In this document: positions 1 to 12,224 of the stretch, in pieces
Layout: every line of letters starts with the position of its first letter
How positions within the stretch are numbered: position 1 is the stretch's first letter
Assembly (NCBI GenBank): GCA_951406725.2
Contig: OX597826.1
Location: 23,064,001 to 23,128,000, forward strand
Source of the DNA: Octopus vulgaris
Lineage: Eukaryota
Reading direction: 5' to 3'
Length of the DNA: 64,000 nt
The notes under the pieces: generated by a model
Database searches by the model: none
What the model was told of the DNA's origin: nothing
What the model saw: the letters and a program-made list of their open reading frames with translations, nothing else
Program-made: the position numbers and the translations under genes

Positions 1-335
1 CTGTTGTGATTATAAAATTTAAATTATGTAATTCTTGATTGTAATATATTATTGATTATATATTATACATTATTGATTCTTATGGAATAATTATTGAATT
101 TTGTTTTCTTATTATTATTCTGTCTTCATATAAATTATTATTAACTAACAGTGTCTTTATTATCGAACAATATTGTGTAGATCTGAAATGGCTTCAATTT
201 TTTTATGATGACTACATGATGACACTTCACATTATTGAAATATTGGGAATAGGAACTAGATCATCTGATGATGTTAACACTTGACAGAGTGGCTTCCTCT
301 CCATGTAGCGAGGAAGATTTTAATTGATATGTTTC

Positions 336-537
336 TCCTTTTAGCATTTAAACCGGCCATATCTGGTCCAAATATTCTACCTCTTTTATGTTCAAACCGG
401 TCAGGCCTGACCTCTTGCACCATCCTAGAAAGTCAATCTAAAAATAAGCAATCAGATCAATGAAATCTCAAGGCTACAGGTAATGCATGATTAATTCAAA
501 GCAATGTGAATAAACAATCTGAATGTTAAGGAGTTAA
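336..537. mobile_element. Possible old piggyBac-like MITE
   Basis: Imperfect inverted ends CTCCTTTTAGCATTTAAAC ... CTGAATGTTAAGGAG followed by TTAA; left TTAA not preserved. Confidence 0.3.
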
Positions 538-1532
538 GATGAAACAAGAATTGAACACTGGTTTTTAACAGTGATGTCAGAGATCTTTTAAATTGAAATA
601 CATTACTTTTAATATTGAAACAAACTACTGTAACAATGTGGAACAAAATAATTGCATTCTTACTTGAACCAAAATCCATCATTCTCAGTATCATAAATAA
701 AGGTGCCAGTCGCACCTCAGTGCTTACATGTTTGTCTTGTCTAATAAATGGAAGATTACTGAACATAAGACACTTGGGTCACTCAGCCAAGTTTCATCTG
801 AGCAATATATGTGAAAGTTCTGGAAATTTGTGACCTTTTTGTATTTCAAATAATGTGCAAGTCTGAGAATAATATACATTGTTGGATACAGACATATATA
901 AACTTATATATTTTAGATTTTCTCAAAAAGTCTAACAATTGCTGACTAATATAACTAGCTTCTCTATTACTGCCTGTGTCTCTCCTCTCTTTGTTATTCT
1001 ATCTACAGATAGGTTTGTGTGTGTAGTTCTTATATATACACATTCATACATTACCTCTTTTACTTGTTTCAGTTATTGAACTGTGGCCATGATGGGGCAA
1101 AACCTTGAAAGGTTTAGTGAAACTAATTGCGCCCACTACATATTTTTAAGTTTGTTATTTATCAGTGTTGTTTGCTAAACCGTGAAGTTGCAAGGACATA
1201 AACAAAACAACACCAATTGTTAATTTGGGATAGGGACAAACACAAAGACATTGTCTATGATGCTACTGGATCAACTAAAATATGTTACCCCCTACTATAT
1301 TATTGAATAGTTTTTCTCCTGTTTGTTATACCAACTACACCATCACACACACAAATACATTTTTTGTAAGGTGGTTGGTGTTAAATCCAGACACAGAAAC
1401 TTATGTTGCAAAGAGAAAGTATGAACAAAATGTAGTCCTGCAACTCAGTTGGGAGTGGAGGTGGAGGTACTGGCTCAGTTCTGCCCAACAAATGCCAGCA
1501 TAGAAAAGTGATGATAATGCGGATCATGAATA

Positions 1533-1738
1533 TCATCATCGTCATCATCATCGTTTAATGTCCGTTTTCCATGCTAGCATGGGTTGGACCGTTCAACCGA
1601 GATCTGGGAAGCCAGAAGGCTGCACCAGGCTCCAGTCTGATCTGGCAGTGTTTCTACAGCTGGATACCCTTCCTAATGCCAACCACTCCGTGAGTGTAGT
1701 GGGTAATTTTTACGTGCAACTGGCACAGGTGCCAGGCA
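1533..1738 (-). mobile_element. 5'-truncated RTE-type 3' tail / RTE-related SINE with (GAT)n tail
   Basis: (CAT)n-CGTTTAATGTCCGTTTTCCATGCTAGCATGGGTTGGAC...GGATACCCTTCCTAATGCCAACC. Related copies at ~28275-28590, 43305-43530, 44103-44260, 44280-44610, 47540-47715, 57981-58165. Confidence 0.7.
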
Positions 1739-3750
1739 AGCATACAGTAAACGTGGCCAGTTTAGCATACAGTAAACGTGGCCATTTACAATTTAGTATG
1801 CTATCTGTTGCCAATTCTAGACCATAGCTCTAACCCTAACATAAACCATAACAAGCCATAGTCTACATAGTTACAAGCAGATAGACACTCTACTGACCTT
1901 CTCACCTTTATCTCATAATTTTGTTGATCCAAACACCTGATTAATAATTAAAGAAAGTAGTTATTTTACTAAGACTGTTCAAATTGATTATGTGTATTTC
2001 ATTGGGAACATGACTATAAAAGAATTTAGCATCAAATTTGATTTCAACTTACATTTTCCACAGCTATTCTAACAACAGTGTAATAATACTTCTGTAACCT
2101 CTCAGAGGAAACATGACTCCTCCTTCACTCCTCTCCACCATTCATTTATGGTTTGAGAATAATTCTATAATTGTTGTAAACTGGAATGGAACTTACTCTC
2201 TTTCTGCTCACATCCATTCTCCATTTAATGCTACTTGGTTTGCATCTTTTAGAGAGATAGATTAGATATAATAAACTCAAAGAGCAACTAGAAAGTGAAA
2301 GTAGTATCTAACTTAGGATGTCTCATAGATAGTGGTGGCAATGGTGTTGGAGGTGGTAGATGTGGTTATCATGGCAGTGGTGGTGGTGGTGTAGTGGTGA
2401 CAGTGGATGTGTATGAGGGCAGCAATTATAGTGTTGGTGTTTTTGTAGAGGTGGTGGTGGTGGTGGCGGCGGCAGTGGATGATGATGATAATGATGATGA
2501 TAGTAGTAGTAGCATTGATTATGTTAGGATGTCTCATGGATGGTAGTGTTGAAAATATTGCAGAGTGTAGTGGTGGTGAAATTGGTGATTTTGAATATGA
2601 TCCTGGTATTGGTCTTGGGGTTGTGGTTGCAGAAGATGGTTGTGGTGGTGGCATTGGAGGTTGTAGTAATGGTTGTAGTGGTGGTTGTGAAGATGATTCT
2701 GATATTGATAGTCTTTGCATTGAGGTGGTGGCAGAGTCAGAGTAAATAATAAGAGCCCCGTTAACACAAGATTCTTAAATTTCGGAGATCATAAGATAGA
2801 GAGCAAGAAGTTAAAAGTTCCAATACTGGCCCAATTCCTACACCCCATATTCTTCAACTATTTTATAAGAAAGGGGTTAATAGCAGGATAGGGATTCAGC
2901 TTAAAAATAAATTGTATAACAAAAAATACATAAATAAATTACTGCTCCAACGATGTAATTTTAGTATGTGTGTATGTATGTATGTGTGTGTGTATGTATG
3001 GATCAAAACAGTTTGATTCAAATTCTGCGGTACTTATATATTCATACATACATATACATGTAGATGTATATAACATATATATATTGTATGTAAACATCTT
3101 TTATATATATATAATGTATGCATCTATAATACACACACATTATAAATATATACACATATATGCATATGCATTAGAATATGTGTGTATAGGTGTGTGTATA
3201 TATATATATGCATATGTTTGTATACATGTGTGTGTGAGTGTGTGTGGGTGTAAAAATAAATATATGCATTTATCAATATATGCATATATCAATATATGTG
3301 TTTGTGTGTATGTGTCAAAGTTTCAAATCCTATAAAGCAATGCAAACAATAGAAAATAATTTAAACGTGGCCATTTACAAACGAATAAGTTTCAAATTCT
3401 ATAAAGCAATGCAAACAATAGAAAATAATTTAAACACTAATTTTATATATACTCAGCCTTTCAAAAAGAATTTAGCTGTTTAGGATCTACTCAAATTTTA
3501 TACGATGCCAAGCGAATTTAGCTGTTTACGATAAGCCGATGTTTACGTTACAAAACGAATAAGCAGAATGATATCAGCTCAAAACAAAGAATACCATTGG
3601 TTAAAATTCGAATAATTAAACTACGTTAAACTTGGAAATTACAATTTCGTTTTCAATTTGGTTTACAATAATGTTTTCTTTTGACGCATTCTACCAGTTT
3701 CAAATTGTTTAGTTAACTAGAAAATTCTGTCCATCTTTTAGAAAAGATCC

Positions 3751-4688
3751 GAGAAGAAGTACAATAAAAATAACAGTTCAAAAAAGTTCTTTTTAAAATA
3801 AACGATAGCTCGAAGAAGAAGAGAGTTCAAATTCAGACAAAGGAATTAATTTCTCGGCCGAAAAAGGTACTCCTGGCCAAATGTCCAATTGGTAAAATAC
3901 CTTGCAAAACCAGTCCTCGGTAATCCTTGGTACTCCGTGGTAAATTCAGTGAAAAACACAAAGACAATTTCAGAAGCAAACAAATTAATTTTTGCGGAGG
4001 GACTACGCCTCCTCAAAAACACAATTCTCACTGTAAAGTGAATCTTTACGCTCGACCACAGGCAGGAAAATGTCTGGAACAGAGTGGAGTCTTTTACTCA
4101 CCAAAAAATATTGGTAAAATTACAGATTAACACCCGCACGATTTTCACTGAAAAAAAAACAAAAAAAAACTGATTTTTTTACGTGGAATCAAGTACTGTG
4201 ACCTCGTAATATGCTGTAAATCCCATATTTGGGTTCGGAAGGGGGGGGGGGCTGACCCCCACCCACCCTTCCGAACCCAAATATGGGATTTACAGCATAT
4301 TACGAGGTCACAGTACTTGATTCCACGCAAAAAATCAAGCCCCCACCCTTCCGAACCCAAATATGGGATTTACAGCATATTACGAGGTCAGAGTACTTGA
4401 TTCCACGCAAAAATCAGAGTTCTTTTTTGTGTGAAAATTCCGGGGTGGGTGGGTTAATCCCCCCCCCCTCCGGACCAATTCCGAACCAAAATATGGGATT
4501 TCCAGCATATTAGGAGGTCAGGGTACTTGATTCCACGCAAAAAATCCGAGTTTTTTTTTTTCTTCGTGAAAATCGTGCGGGTGTTAATCTGTAATTTTAC
4601 CCAAAATTCAATATTTCACGACGAAAGACGTGACATCAAGCAGCAAGAACTCTCCGCCAAAAAAACACGTCCGACTTTGACGAAGGTT
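3751..4688 (-). mobile_element. 5' UTR of the ORF1-only non-LTR element, interrupted by a MITE and truncated at 3751
   Basis: Reverse complement aligns to 12237-12742 apart from the MITE at 4113-4601. Confidence 0.85.
4113..4601. mobile_element. MITE/foldback element with ~36 bp TIRs and internal ~80 bp subrepeats
   Basis: GGTAAAATTACAGATTAACACCCGCACGATTTTCAC at 4113 and its reverse complement ending at 4601. Internal unit CCGAACCCAAATATGGGATTTACAGCATATTACGAGGTCACAGTACTTGATTCCACG present once inverted and three times direct. Confidence 0.85.
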
Positions 4689-4700
4689 AGCAAGCTACTT

Positions 4701-5044
4701 TATTTTATCTAATTTGCCACAGGGCCATTACACAGATGTAGCTTTGCGGGCTGGACATAGACATTAATGGTATAAATGATGGTGATGGAACGAGGATGAT
4801 GATGGGAGAAGACGAAAGCGCCCGCCGACTTCCGTTTCTCTAAAACAATGTTCTTTTTTCCACAAATCATAATGAGGCAATAAACCTCTTACAATGTTCT
4901 TTTAAAATATACAGAAAGTTCAGGTTTCAATATAATACAATGTTCCTTCAAATATACAAAAAGTTCAGGTCACCCGGCCGACCAGCGCTCTTGTTTCAGC
5001 GAAGCACTCACTCAAAATAAACACGTCCGACTTCGACGAAGGTT
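4701..5044 (-). mobile_element. ~345 bp internally deleted mini-copy of the ORF1-only element (5' end joined to 3' tail)
   Basis: Minus strand reads AACCTTCGTCGAAGTCGGACGTGTTTATTTTGAG joined to the last ORF1 codons and the 3' UTR that matches 11920-12224, ending AAATAA before AAGTAGCTTGCT. Confidence 0.8.
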
Positions 5045-5078
5045 AACAAGCTACCTACTACACAGCCACTCCTGCGCC
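5045..5078 (-). mobile_element. 5' head (A-box part) of a tRNA-derived CORE-like SINE, cut at the insertion site
   Basis: Minus strand GGCGCAGGAGTGGCTGTGTAGTAGGTAGCTTGT matches SINE heads at 40636 (GGCGTAGGAGTGGCTGCGTGGTAAGTAGCTTACT) and ~57870-57898 (-). Confidence 0.75.
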
Positions 5079-5635
5079 TAATATATAATTATAAACCTAT
5101 GAGAAAGGAAGAAAATCCTTTTATTTCATTGATTTACAGTTGTTTCATCGAAAATCATCTCGTGAGCATTACCACATTATCATGCAACAATATATGCAAC
5201 CACTGATACATGAGGTGTCACAGAAACAAAATCGAAAATCGATTTTTCAGAATCATACATAAGAATTATTTGCTGCGGACACTTAAGTGAATGATAATTC
5301 ACACCTATACATGTTACACACCAAAGAAAAAAAAAAAAAAAACAGAACAAACCAGGTTGAGTTGACCGGTCAAGAAGAATGATGAATTGTTAAAAAAAAA
5401 GTAAGAAAATAAAACATAAAACAAAAGTTTTTGCTTTTAGACAATATAATGAAATATAGTCTCGTCAACAGTATCTGTATTAAAGATACTTTGTAGTCCT
5501 TTTTGTCTGCCACTTTATAGCAGTCAGCCGTAAAATTGGCATTAACGGAGTTGGATGGTTTTAACCACAGTATCTAGCAGTTACACGAGATTATATCGAC
5601 TCCAGTGCGTAACTGGTACTTATTTAATCGCACAA

Positions 5636-5866
5636 GGCGGCGAGCTGGCAGAAACGTTACCACGCCGGGCGAAATGCGTAGCCGTTGTTCGTCTGCCGTT
5701 ACATTCTGAATTTAAATTTCGCCGAGGTCGACTTTGCCTTTCATCCTTTCGGGGTCGATAAATTAAGTACCAGTTACGCACTGGGGTCGATGTAATGGAC
5801 TTAATCCGTTTGTCTGTCCTTGTTTGTCCCCTCTATGTTTAGCCCCTTGTGGGTAGTAAAGAAATA
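5636..5866 (+). mobile_element. Full-length tRNA-derived SINE with Nin/Deu-like central domain
   Basis: GGCGGCGAGCTGGCAGAAACGTT head; GCCGAGGTCGACTTTGCCTTTCATCCTTTCGGGGTCGATAAATTAAGTACCAG core; 19 bp TSD GGTACTTATTTAATCGCAC at 5615-5633 and 5867-5885. Confidence 0.85.
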
Positions 5867-6207
5867 GGTACTTATTTAATCGCACGCGCAGAGGCAACAA
5901 AGAAAATAGATTTCCATTGTTATTCTAGGAAGAGAGTCTGGGAGAACAAAAAAACTGACAACAAACATCAAGATTGCTGTCTACAAGGCGTGCGTCCTTA
6001 GCACGCTACCTTGCAGCAGCGCGACATGGGGCCTCTACTTCAGATAAGTGCAGTATCTTCCACGTCTTCCACCTTCGTAGCTTGAGAATCATTTTGGATA
6101 TCAAGTGGACCGACCGAGTTACTAACATTGAAGCCTTCAACCGCGCCAAGATGCCCAGCATATTCACCCTGCTCCAACAGTGCCGTCCGCGCTGGCTCGG
6201 GCACATA

Positions 6208-6819
6208 TGTAACGAACTTAATGAGATGCGTGAATATCCTCGTGCACTTTTGGGGTGCACAAAGCAATCACTCACTAGCCGTTACTTAATAATCCAAATC
6301 TCTACTAGTCAGAAACAAACAGGACGCAGACGTAAAATATACATATAACTACTTTATTCTCTTTCTTGGTAAACAATAACAATAAGTGTGTTATCTGATG
6401 TCCTTGATTCTGGGCGCGCAAGGCTGAAAGTTAATAGATTGTAATATTTACAATCTTCAGCCCAAAACAGAAAGGGGTCAAGATGGCGTCGAACAATGGA
6501 GACGATGTTGGTCTGCAACAATTTTGGTTAAAAATCTTCGGCCAAAGGACTGCTAGAATCTAATCCTGACGGAGAGAATATATGCGTGACCGTCGCCGTC
6601 AATCGCTGGGTTCCCAAGTCACCGCTTGCTGGACGCTAGCGGTCAAACGTTCTACGACCCCCTTGCCTCGGTAACTGCTACGTAGGCAATAGGGTCGTGC
6701 TACGGGTGGTTCGCGCATGCGCGAGAGGGCCCTTCCTTTCTGTGCCTTGGTGAAGGCAACAACACGCGCGAAATACAAATGGTCGGTGCGCGAGCGCGCA
6801 CCGTTATAATATCACTACA
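6208..6819 (-). repeat. 3' LTR
   Basis: TGTAACGAAC...ATCACTACA; near-identical to 8333-8944 (one visible mismatch, CCTCGGTAAC vs CCTCGCTAAC). Confidence 0.95.
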
Positions 6820-6830
6820 GGCTCCCCTCC
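6820..6830 (-). promoter_or_regulatory. Polypurine tract
   Basis: Minus strand GGAGGGGAGCC abutting the 3' LTR. Confidence 0.8.
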
Positions 6831-8312
6831 AGTGCGTACGCACGAAAGGAAACTTATTGTAGTGACTGCAAAACTCAAGGTGGACACCAGATAACCAAAT
6901 AGCACACAATAATATAATGGCAAAATTTATAACATACACAAGAAATTTACTAAAGGAAAAAGAGAAAAAATACTCAATGAGCAAAAATCAAGAGTGCATG
7001 CATGAAAGTGTATACGTCACAAAGTATAGAGCCTTCCGCTGAAGGGAGCGAAAGAAAAGGCAGAACTCACTGTTAATGAACCTAAACGAAATTAAAATCC
7101 AACTTCTCTAAAGGTGGTTGATCCTGCAAAATAGCAGTTAAATCAATTGCTGCAGGAGAGGAAATGGAATTGGCAGAAGCTCGCTAGTAACACAAAAGGC
7201 AAAGGTGCAAACATGCTGGTGTGATGCGCGACACAGATAGTTTTCTGTTAATTACGTGACCAACAGTGGTCTAACAGGGAAAAATAATTACGCCTATAAA
7301 TCGGCGCAGCGCATTTGAACATCCGACGTCTTATGAGTCGGGAAAAACTAAGCTACTGCAAACGTGTTGCAAAAAACCAGGCAATACACGTGCGAAGCAA
7401 AAGGCGCATGAAATGCAATAGTGCTTGCCAGACCAAAAAACAGCAAGAATATGCCAGTGGTTAAGCGATTATATGCTTCGTTCGTATAGGAACAAAAGTA
7501 TGACATGCTGGCGCGTTATAATGGACAAACAACCCTCTCTATGTATACGTGACCAACCTAGGGTCTATAGAAATGAGGGGTGTCCACAAAAGGCAAATTC
7601 AGCATGGAAAAAAAAAAAGCGAGAAAAGCATGTGTGACGTATGTATGTGAGAGAGAGCATTTATGTGTGTGTACGTGTGTGCGACAGAAATACATACAAG
7701 GTGAATGCGAGCAAAATACAAAAAATACAGCGCATAGAAAAAATGTCTCTCGGGCTATTCCAGACAAGAATTAATTTACCAGTCTGTAATAGCCTGATGT
7801 ACAATAGCAGTTCGTTCTGTAACAGAATGTTGAAATCACAAAATGCAGATGCCGGTTGAACACATATCGTGTAACGGTTGTGGCTTCAATGCTGTGACAG
7901 GTTAACTGGAACAGAAGAAATCTCGTAGAAAGTGCTGTAAAATCCTTGGTGTGCTAATGCACAAACGGCAAGTGGACTAAACTTCCGCGAGTTGCTATGT
8001 ACATCTTGGTGGAGGTCGACGGTGTTGAAAGGCGACGTTGGTGGTGGAAGGCGACTGTAGTGGACTTGGGACTACATCGTTCTTAGTGATGATAGCGACG
8101 ACGTGAAGTAGACAGACGACGATGGTGATGAGGAAGGCAGAGAAAAAGCATCGATGAATTGATGGCGTTCGTCATCATGGCTCCTTCTACAACTGTTTGT
8201 GGTGGCCGGAAACAAATCGTCGAAAGATGAATGCGTAGTGTTAAATCGTGTTCCGACTTCGCAGAAAAACTGGATTTTTTTGTTGATAAGTGATCTCTGG
8301 TTTTAGACCAGA

Positions 8313-8330
8313 ATCACGTCGGGGTCACCA
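8313..8330 (-). promoter_or_regulatory. Primer-binding site, tRNA-Trp
   Basis: Minus strand TGGTGACCCCGACGTGAT 2 nt from the LTR, the canonical 18 nt tRNA-Trp PBS (as in Rous sarcoma virus). Confidence 0.92.
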
Positions 8331-8332
8331 CT

Positions 8333-8944
8333 TGTAACGAACTTAATGAGATGCGTGAATATCCTCGTGCACTTTTGGGGTGCACAAAGCAATCACTCAC
8401 TAGCCGTTACTTAATAATCCAAATCTCTACTAGTCAGAAACAAACAGGACGCAGACGTAAAATATACATATAACTACTTTATTCTCTTTCTTGGTAAACA
8501 ATAACAATAAGTGTGTTATCTGATGTCCTTGATTCTGGGCGCGCAAGGCTGAAAGTTAATAGATTGTAATATTTACAATCTTCAGCCCAAAACAGAAAGG
8601 GGTCAAGATGGCGTCGAACAATGGAGACGATGTTGGTCTGCAACAATTTTGGTTAAAAATCTTCGGCCAAAGGACTGCTAGAATCTAATCCTGACGGAGA
8701 GAATATATGCGTGACCGTCGCCGTCAATCGCTGGGTTCCCAAGTCACCGCTTGCTGGACGCTAGCGGTCAAACGTTCTACGACCCCCTTGCCTCGCTAAC
8801 TGCTACGTAGGCAATAGGGTCGTGCTACGGGTGGTTCGCGCATGCGCGAGAGGGCCCTTCCTTTCTGTGCCTTGGTGAAGGCAACAACACGCGCGAAATA
8901 CAAATGGTCGGTGCGCGAGCGCGCACCGTTATAATATCACTACA
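8333..8944 (-). repeat. 5' LTR
   Basis: Direct repeat of 6208-6819. Confidence 0.95.
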
Positions 8945-9961
8945 CATATATTTTATGCTGGATGGAAGGATCCCAAAAGGCCTCCTGCATCGGGAACTGG
9001 CCACCGACACCAGAGCATGAGGACGACCTCATTTTCGCTTCAAGGAAGTCGGCAATAGAGATATGAAGTCAATAGATCTGGATGTCCTAAGATGGGAGGA
9101 GGTCACAAATGATCGCCAACGCTGGAGGCGAATACTACACAAGAGGATGGAGCGAGAGGAAGAGAAACTGAAACTTTCCCCCGCGCTCGAAGAAAGGAAA
9201 ACTCGGTAGCACCGGTAGAGAATATCTTCAAATGCATTCGCTGCATGCAAGACTGTCACTCGCGTGTGGGTCTGTGCAGCCACAACCGACACTGCACTGC
9301 CATCAGCAGCTGACACAAAATTCTTCAGACGCAGAACCATGGTATTTCGAGACCCATGGATGCCTATCACAAATTCGTGGCATGTCCTACTTACTAACAA
9401 CGAACAAATTAATTAAAATTTAATTAAGTAAGCCTCAGCAGACATGGACATAAATGATATAATTTGTGCTTATAGAAATGAAAAATAAAAGGAAAAAAAG
9501 GAAAAAAATTCTCTTCCTTCCTAGATTCATTCCAACTGAGTCAGTCAAATTTTCAAACATTTAGGACGTTCTGTTATAAATAAATGGTTTTAGATACACC
9601 GCTGTTACACCAGCGAATACTTTCGTGAGGATACCAAAATATAAAGTATCACATTCCTTTTTGGAACATTCCTTCCAAACAGATGGTATACGTGCTCCAA
9701 ATATATTTTAAGTTTTAAGTTAACTTCTTGAGTCATATAGATTCATAAGAACCGGTTTTCCGGTTTCTATGGCACATATAATATTCCCCCATCTGGACGG
9801 GACGCCGGTCCGTCGCAGGGCGACTCATTTCTGCCAGCTGAGTGGACGTGAGCAACGTGAAATGAAATGTCTTGCTGAAGAACACAACGCATCGCCCGAT
9901 TCAGGAATCGAAACCACAATTTTACGATAAGGAATTCAACACCTCAAGCCACGCGCCTCCT

Positions 9962-10335
9962 GCACGCCGGTCGATATGCTTAGCGTTATTTCGTCTGCCG
10001 ATACGTTCTGAGTTCAAATTCCGCCGAGGTCGATTTTGCCTTTCATCCTTTCGGGGTCGATAAATTAAGTACCAGTTACGCACTGGGGTCGATGTTATCG
10101 GCTTAATCCGTTTGTCTGTCCTTGTTTGTCCTCTCTGTGTTTAGCCCCTTGTGGGTAGTAAAGAAATAGGTATTTCGTTCGTCTTCACGTTCTGGGTTCA
10201 AATTCTGCCGAGGTCGACTTTGCCTTTCATCCTTTCGAAGGTCGATAAATTAAGTACCAATAAAGTACTGGGGTCGATGTGATCGTCTTTCCTCTCCCTC
10301 AATATTTCAGGCCTTGTGCCTATAGTAGAAAGGAT
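9962..10335 (+). mobile_element. Two adjacent/nested Nin-like SINE copies
   Basis: Two GCCGAGGTCGA...CATCCTTTCG...GTCGATAAATTAAGTACCA cores. Confidence 0.75.
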
Positions 10336-10345
10336 TATTACAGAG

Positions 10346-10591
10346 CAATGGTTTTCAGCCCTTTTTTCCCCATGGACCTCTTTGATTCCTATTTTGTTCT
10401 ACATGATCGCCATAGCCATTCAATTTTTTTTTAAAATCCGGTTATATTTTTATAATTAGATATTGTTAGAAGTTGTATAAAAAAGCATTTTGTGCATTGT
10501 TGAAGTATAACCAATTTTTGCACATAATTTTTAACAACTAAAACTTTTATGGATCCCCAAAGGCCATATGGACCTCGGTTGAGAACCACTA
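10346..10591. mobile_element. hAT (Charlie-like) MITE
   Basis: Ends CAATGGTTTTCAGCC / GGTTGAGAACCACTA resemble the CAGTGGTTCTCAACC TIR; 8 bp flanks TTACAGAG / TTACAGTT. Confidence 0.7.
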
Positions 10592-10642
10592 TTACAGTTT
10601 AGAAAACTTCGCAAAATGTGTTTCTAACGGTATCATCAACAA

Positions 10643-11100
10643 CTATAAATTTTCTAATAAATATTTACCTCTGTACTTCTTAAAAGTTTTTCCGAACCCA
10701 AGGTGATATCTTATAATAAGTTCAGAACGTTTATTCAGATTTTCTTTAAATAATAAGATATGCAACACCTTTTCTAAACAAAGATTATATAACTTGCAAT
10801 TTCTGTCATAAGGATATGCAATCATTACGGAAATGCTGTATTGAATCTCCCTTTCTGTCAAATGTTAACTAAAGAAGTATCATGTCTTGTGTTTATAGCA
10901 CGAATTGACGCGTCGTGGTTATGCCATTGGTTTTTTAAAAATAATATCAGCTGTTGTGTCGACATAACCATATTCGCTTCCTTCAGTCAGGACAGAGAAT
11001 TTATATCTGTTTTTACGGAGGCACTCGTTACCCAAAGACATCACTTCTATTCCTGGAATTACATCTTCTAACATTTTTAATAGTTTTTTTTACTATATCA
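10643..11100 (-). pseudogene. Decayed Penelope-like GIY-YIG endonuclease region
   Basis: Minus-strand fragments RCNSRN..NECL..GYVDTT..WHNHDAS..TSL and C-terminal NLCLEK..HILL..LNKRSELI, typical of PLE C-terminal EN. Confidence 0.65.
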
Positions 11101-11792
11101 ACTATGATGTCTGTCTGCTCCCTCAGCCCTACCCCTAACAGATATTGCCTTCTGTTCTCTCAGCCTTAGATATGCAAGGATTTGATAAACTAGTCTATAA
11201 ATTAAAACTGACCCCATATAAACAAAAAAAATCAGTGACAGGCAGAGTCTGTAACAATGAATATCTTCTTGATACCTTAGTAACTTCTATGCTGGAGTGG
11301 AGACAGCATGTTTTTTGTCTATCTCCTTAACTTCTTGGAGATTTTAGGTATAATTATACTAATGTGTCCATCTGTTCTAATTTAATTAAATTCTATGTCT
11401 TTGTGCAGCTGAGGATTGCTCTGCATTTTAAATTGATGTAATGATTGCATTGTTCAATTAAGTGGAGTTGCATGAAACGATCGTACTGCATTACCTCTGG
11501 ATATCCTTGTTGCATATTTTGATTATATATATATATATTTCTTAGATTGGTTTAATTTGTAATGTAATATAAGGAGTTTTCATTTTAATTTATATTATTA
11601 TTTTAAAAATAAGTTTTTTTATTTTGTTTCAAGGTTTAGACTTTAAATTTCTAAATTTTTAGAGGTTTAATCTGAGTTTCTCAGATATGTTGAGATGGAA
11701 GGAATTTTTCCTGCAATTATTTTTCACTCGTTTTGATTTATTTATTTATTTATATGTAAGGGTAACTACTCTTTTACTCTTTTACTTGTTTC

Positions 11793-12224
11793 GGAGGACC
11801 CTGAGTGGCCTTCGCAGGTGGCTGCGGAGGTCATGGGATAGCGATCTGTGCAGGATCGTGAATTCCTTCCCGGAGGACTCCTATAGATTTGTACCTGTGT
11901 GGTCTTGCCTGGAACCGGCTGAGTGCTTCAATGAAGCAAGAGAGCTGGTCGGCCGGGTGACCTGAACATTTTGTATATTTTGAAGGAACATTGTATTATA
12001 TTGAAACCTGAACTTTCTGTATATTTTAAAAGAACGTCGTAAGAGGTTTATTGCCTCATTATGATTTGTTGAAAAAAGAACATTGTTTTAGAGAAGCGGA
12101 AGTCGGCGGGCGCTTTCGTCTTCTCCCATCATCATCTTCGTTCCATCACCATCATTCATACCATTAATATCCAGCCCGCAAAGCTACATCTGTGTAATGG
12201 CCCTGTGGCAAATTAGATAAAATA
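11793..12224 (+). mobile_element. 3' fragment of the ORF1-only element (ORF1 end plus 3' UTR)
   Basis: Encodes ...DSDLCRIVNSFPEDSYRFVPVWSCLEPAECFNEARELVGRVT* (stop 11965), homologous to 14820-14985; 3' UTR ends AAATAA then AAGTAGCTTGCT (12225-12236). Confidence 0.85.

Larger units (their letters stand above)
6208..8944 (-). mobile_element. Non-autonomous LTR retrotransposon (Gypsy-type, CsRn1-like by PBS/TSD)
   Basis: Two 612 bp TG...CA LTRs, 4 bp TSD CATA (6204-6207, 8945-8948), PBS and PPT on the minus strand, 1.5 kb interior without a recognisable gag/pol ORF. Confidence 0.92.
5886..9380 (+). pseudogene. Degraded RTE LINE C-terminal fragment split by the LTR element
   Basis: FHLRSLRIILDIKWTDRVTN...RWLGHI (to 6207) continues after 8948 as YFMLDGRIPKGLLHREL, a typical RTE post-RT motif. 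Confidence 0.8.

Noticed and set aside
255-290. CTGATGA followed by hairpin TGTTAA-CAC-TTGACA
   Set aside because: No GAAA or stems I/III follow; at best a hammerhead remnant.
2295-2767. Overlapping ORFs rich in P/S/T/H or G/V/D
   Set aside because: Degenerate (ACC)/(ATC) low-complexity DNA is open in many frames; no clear splice sites or domain. A host exon cannot be fully excluded.
3318-3436. Short tandem duplication (~70 bp period)
   Set aside because: Two copies only, ordinary slippage.
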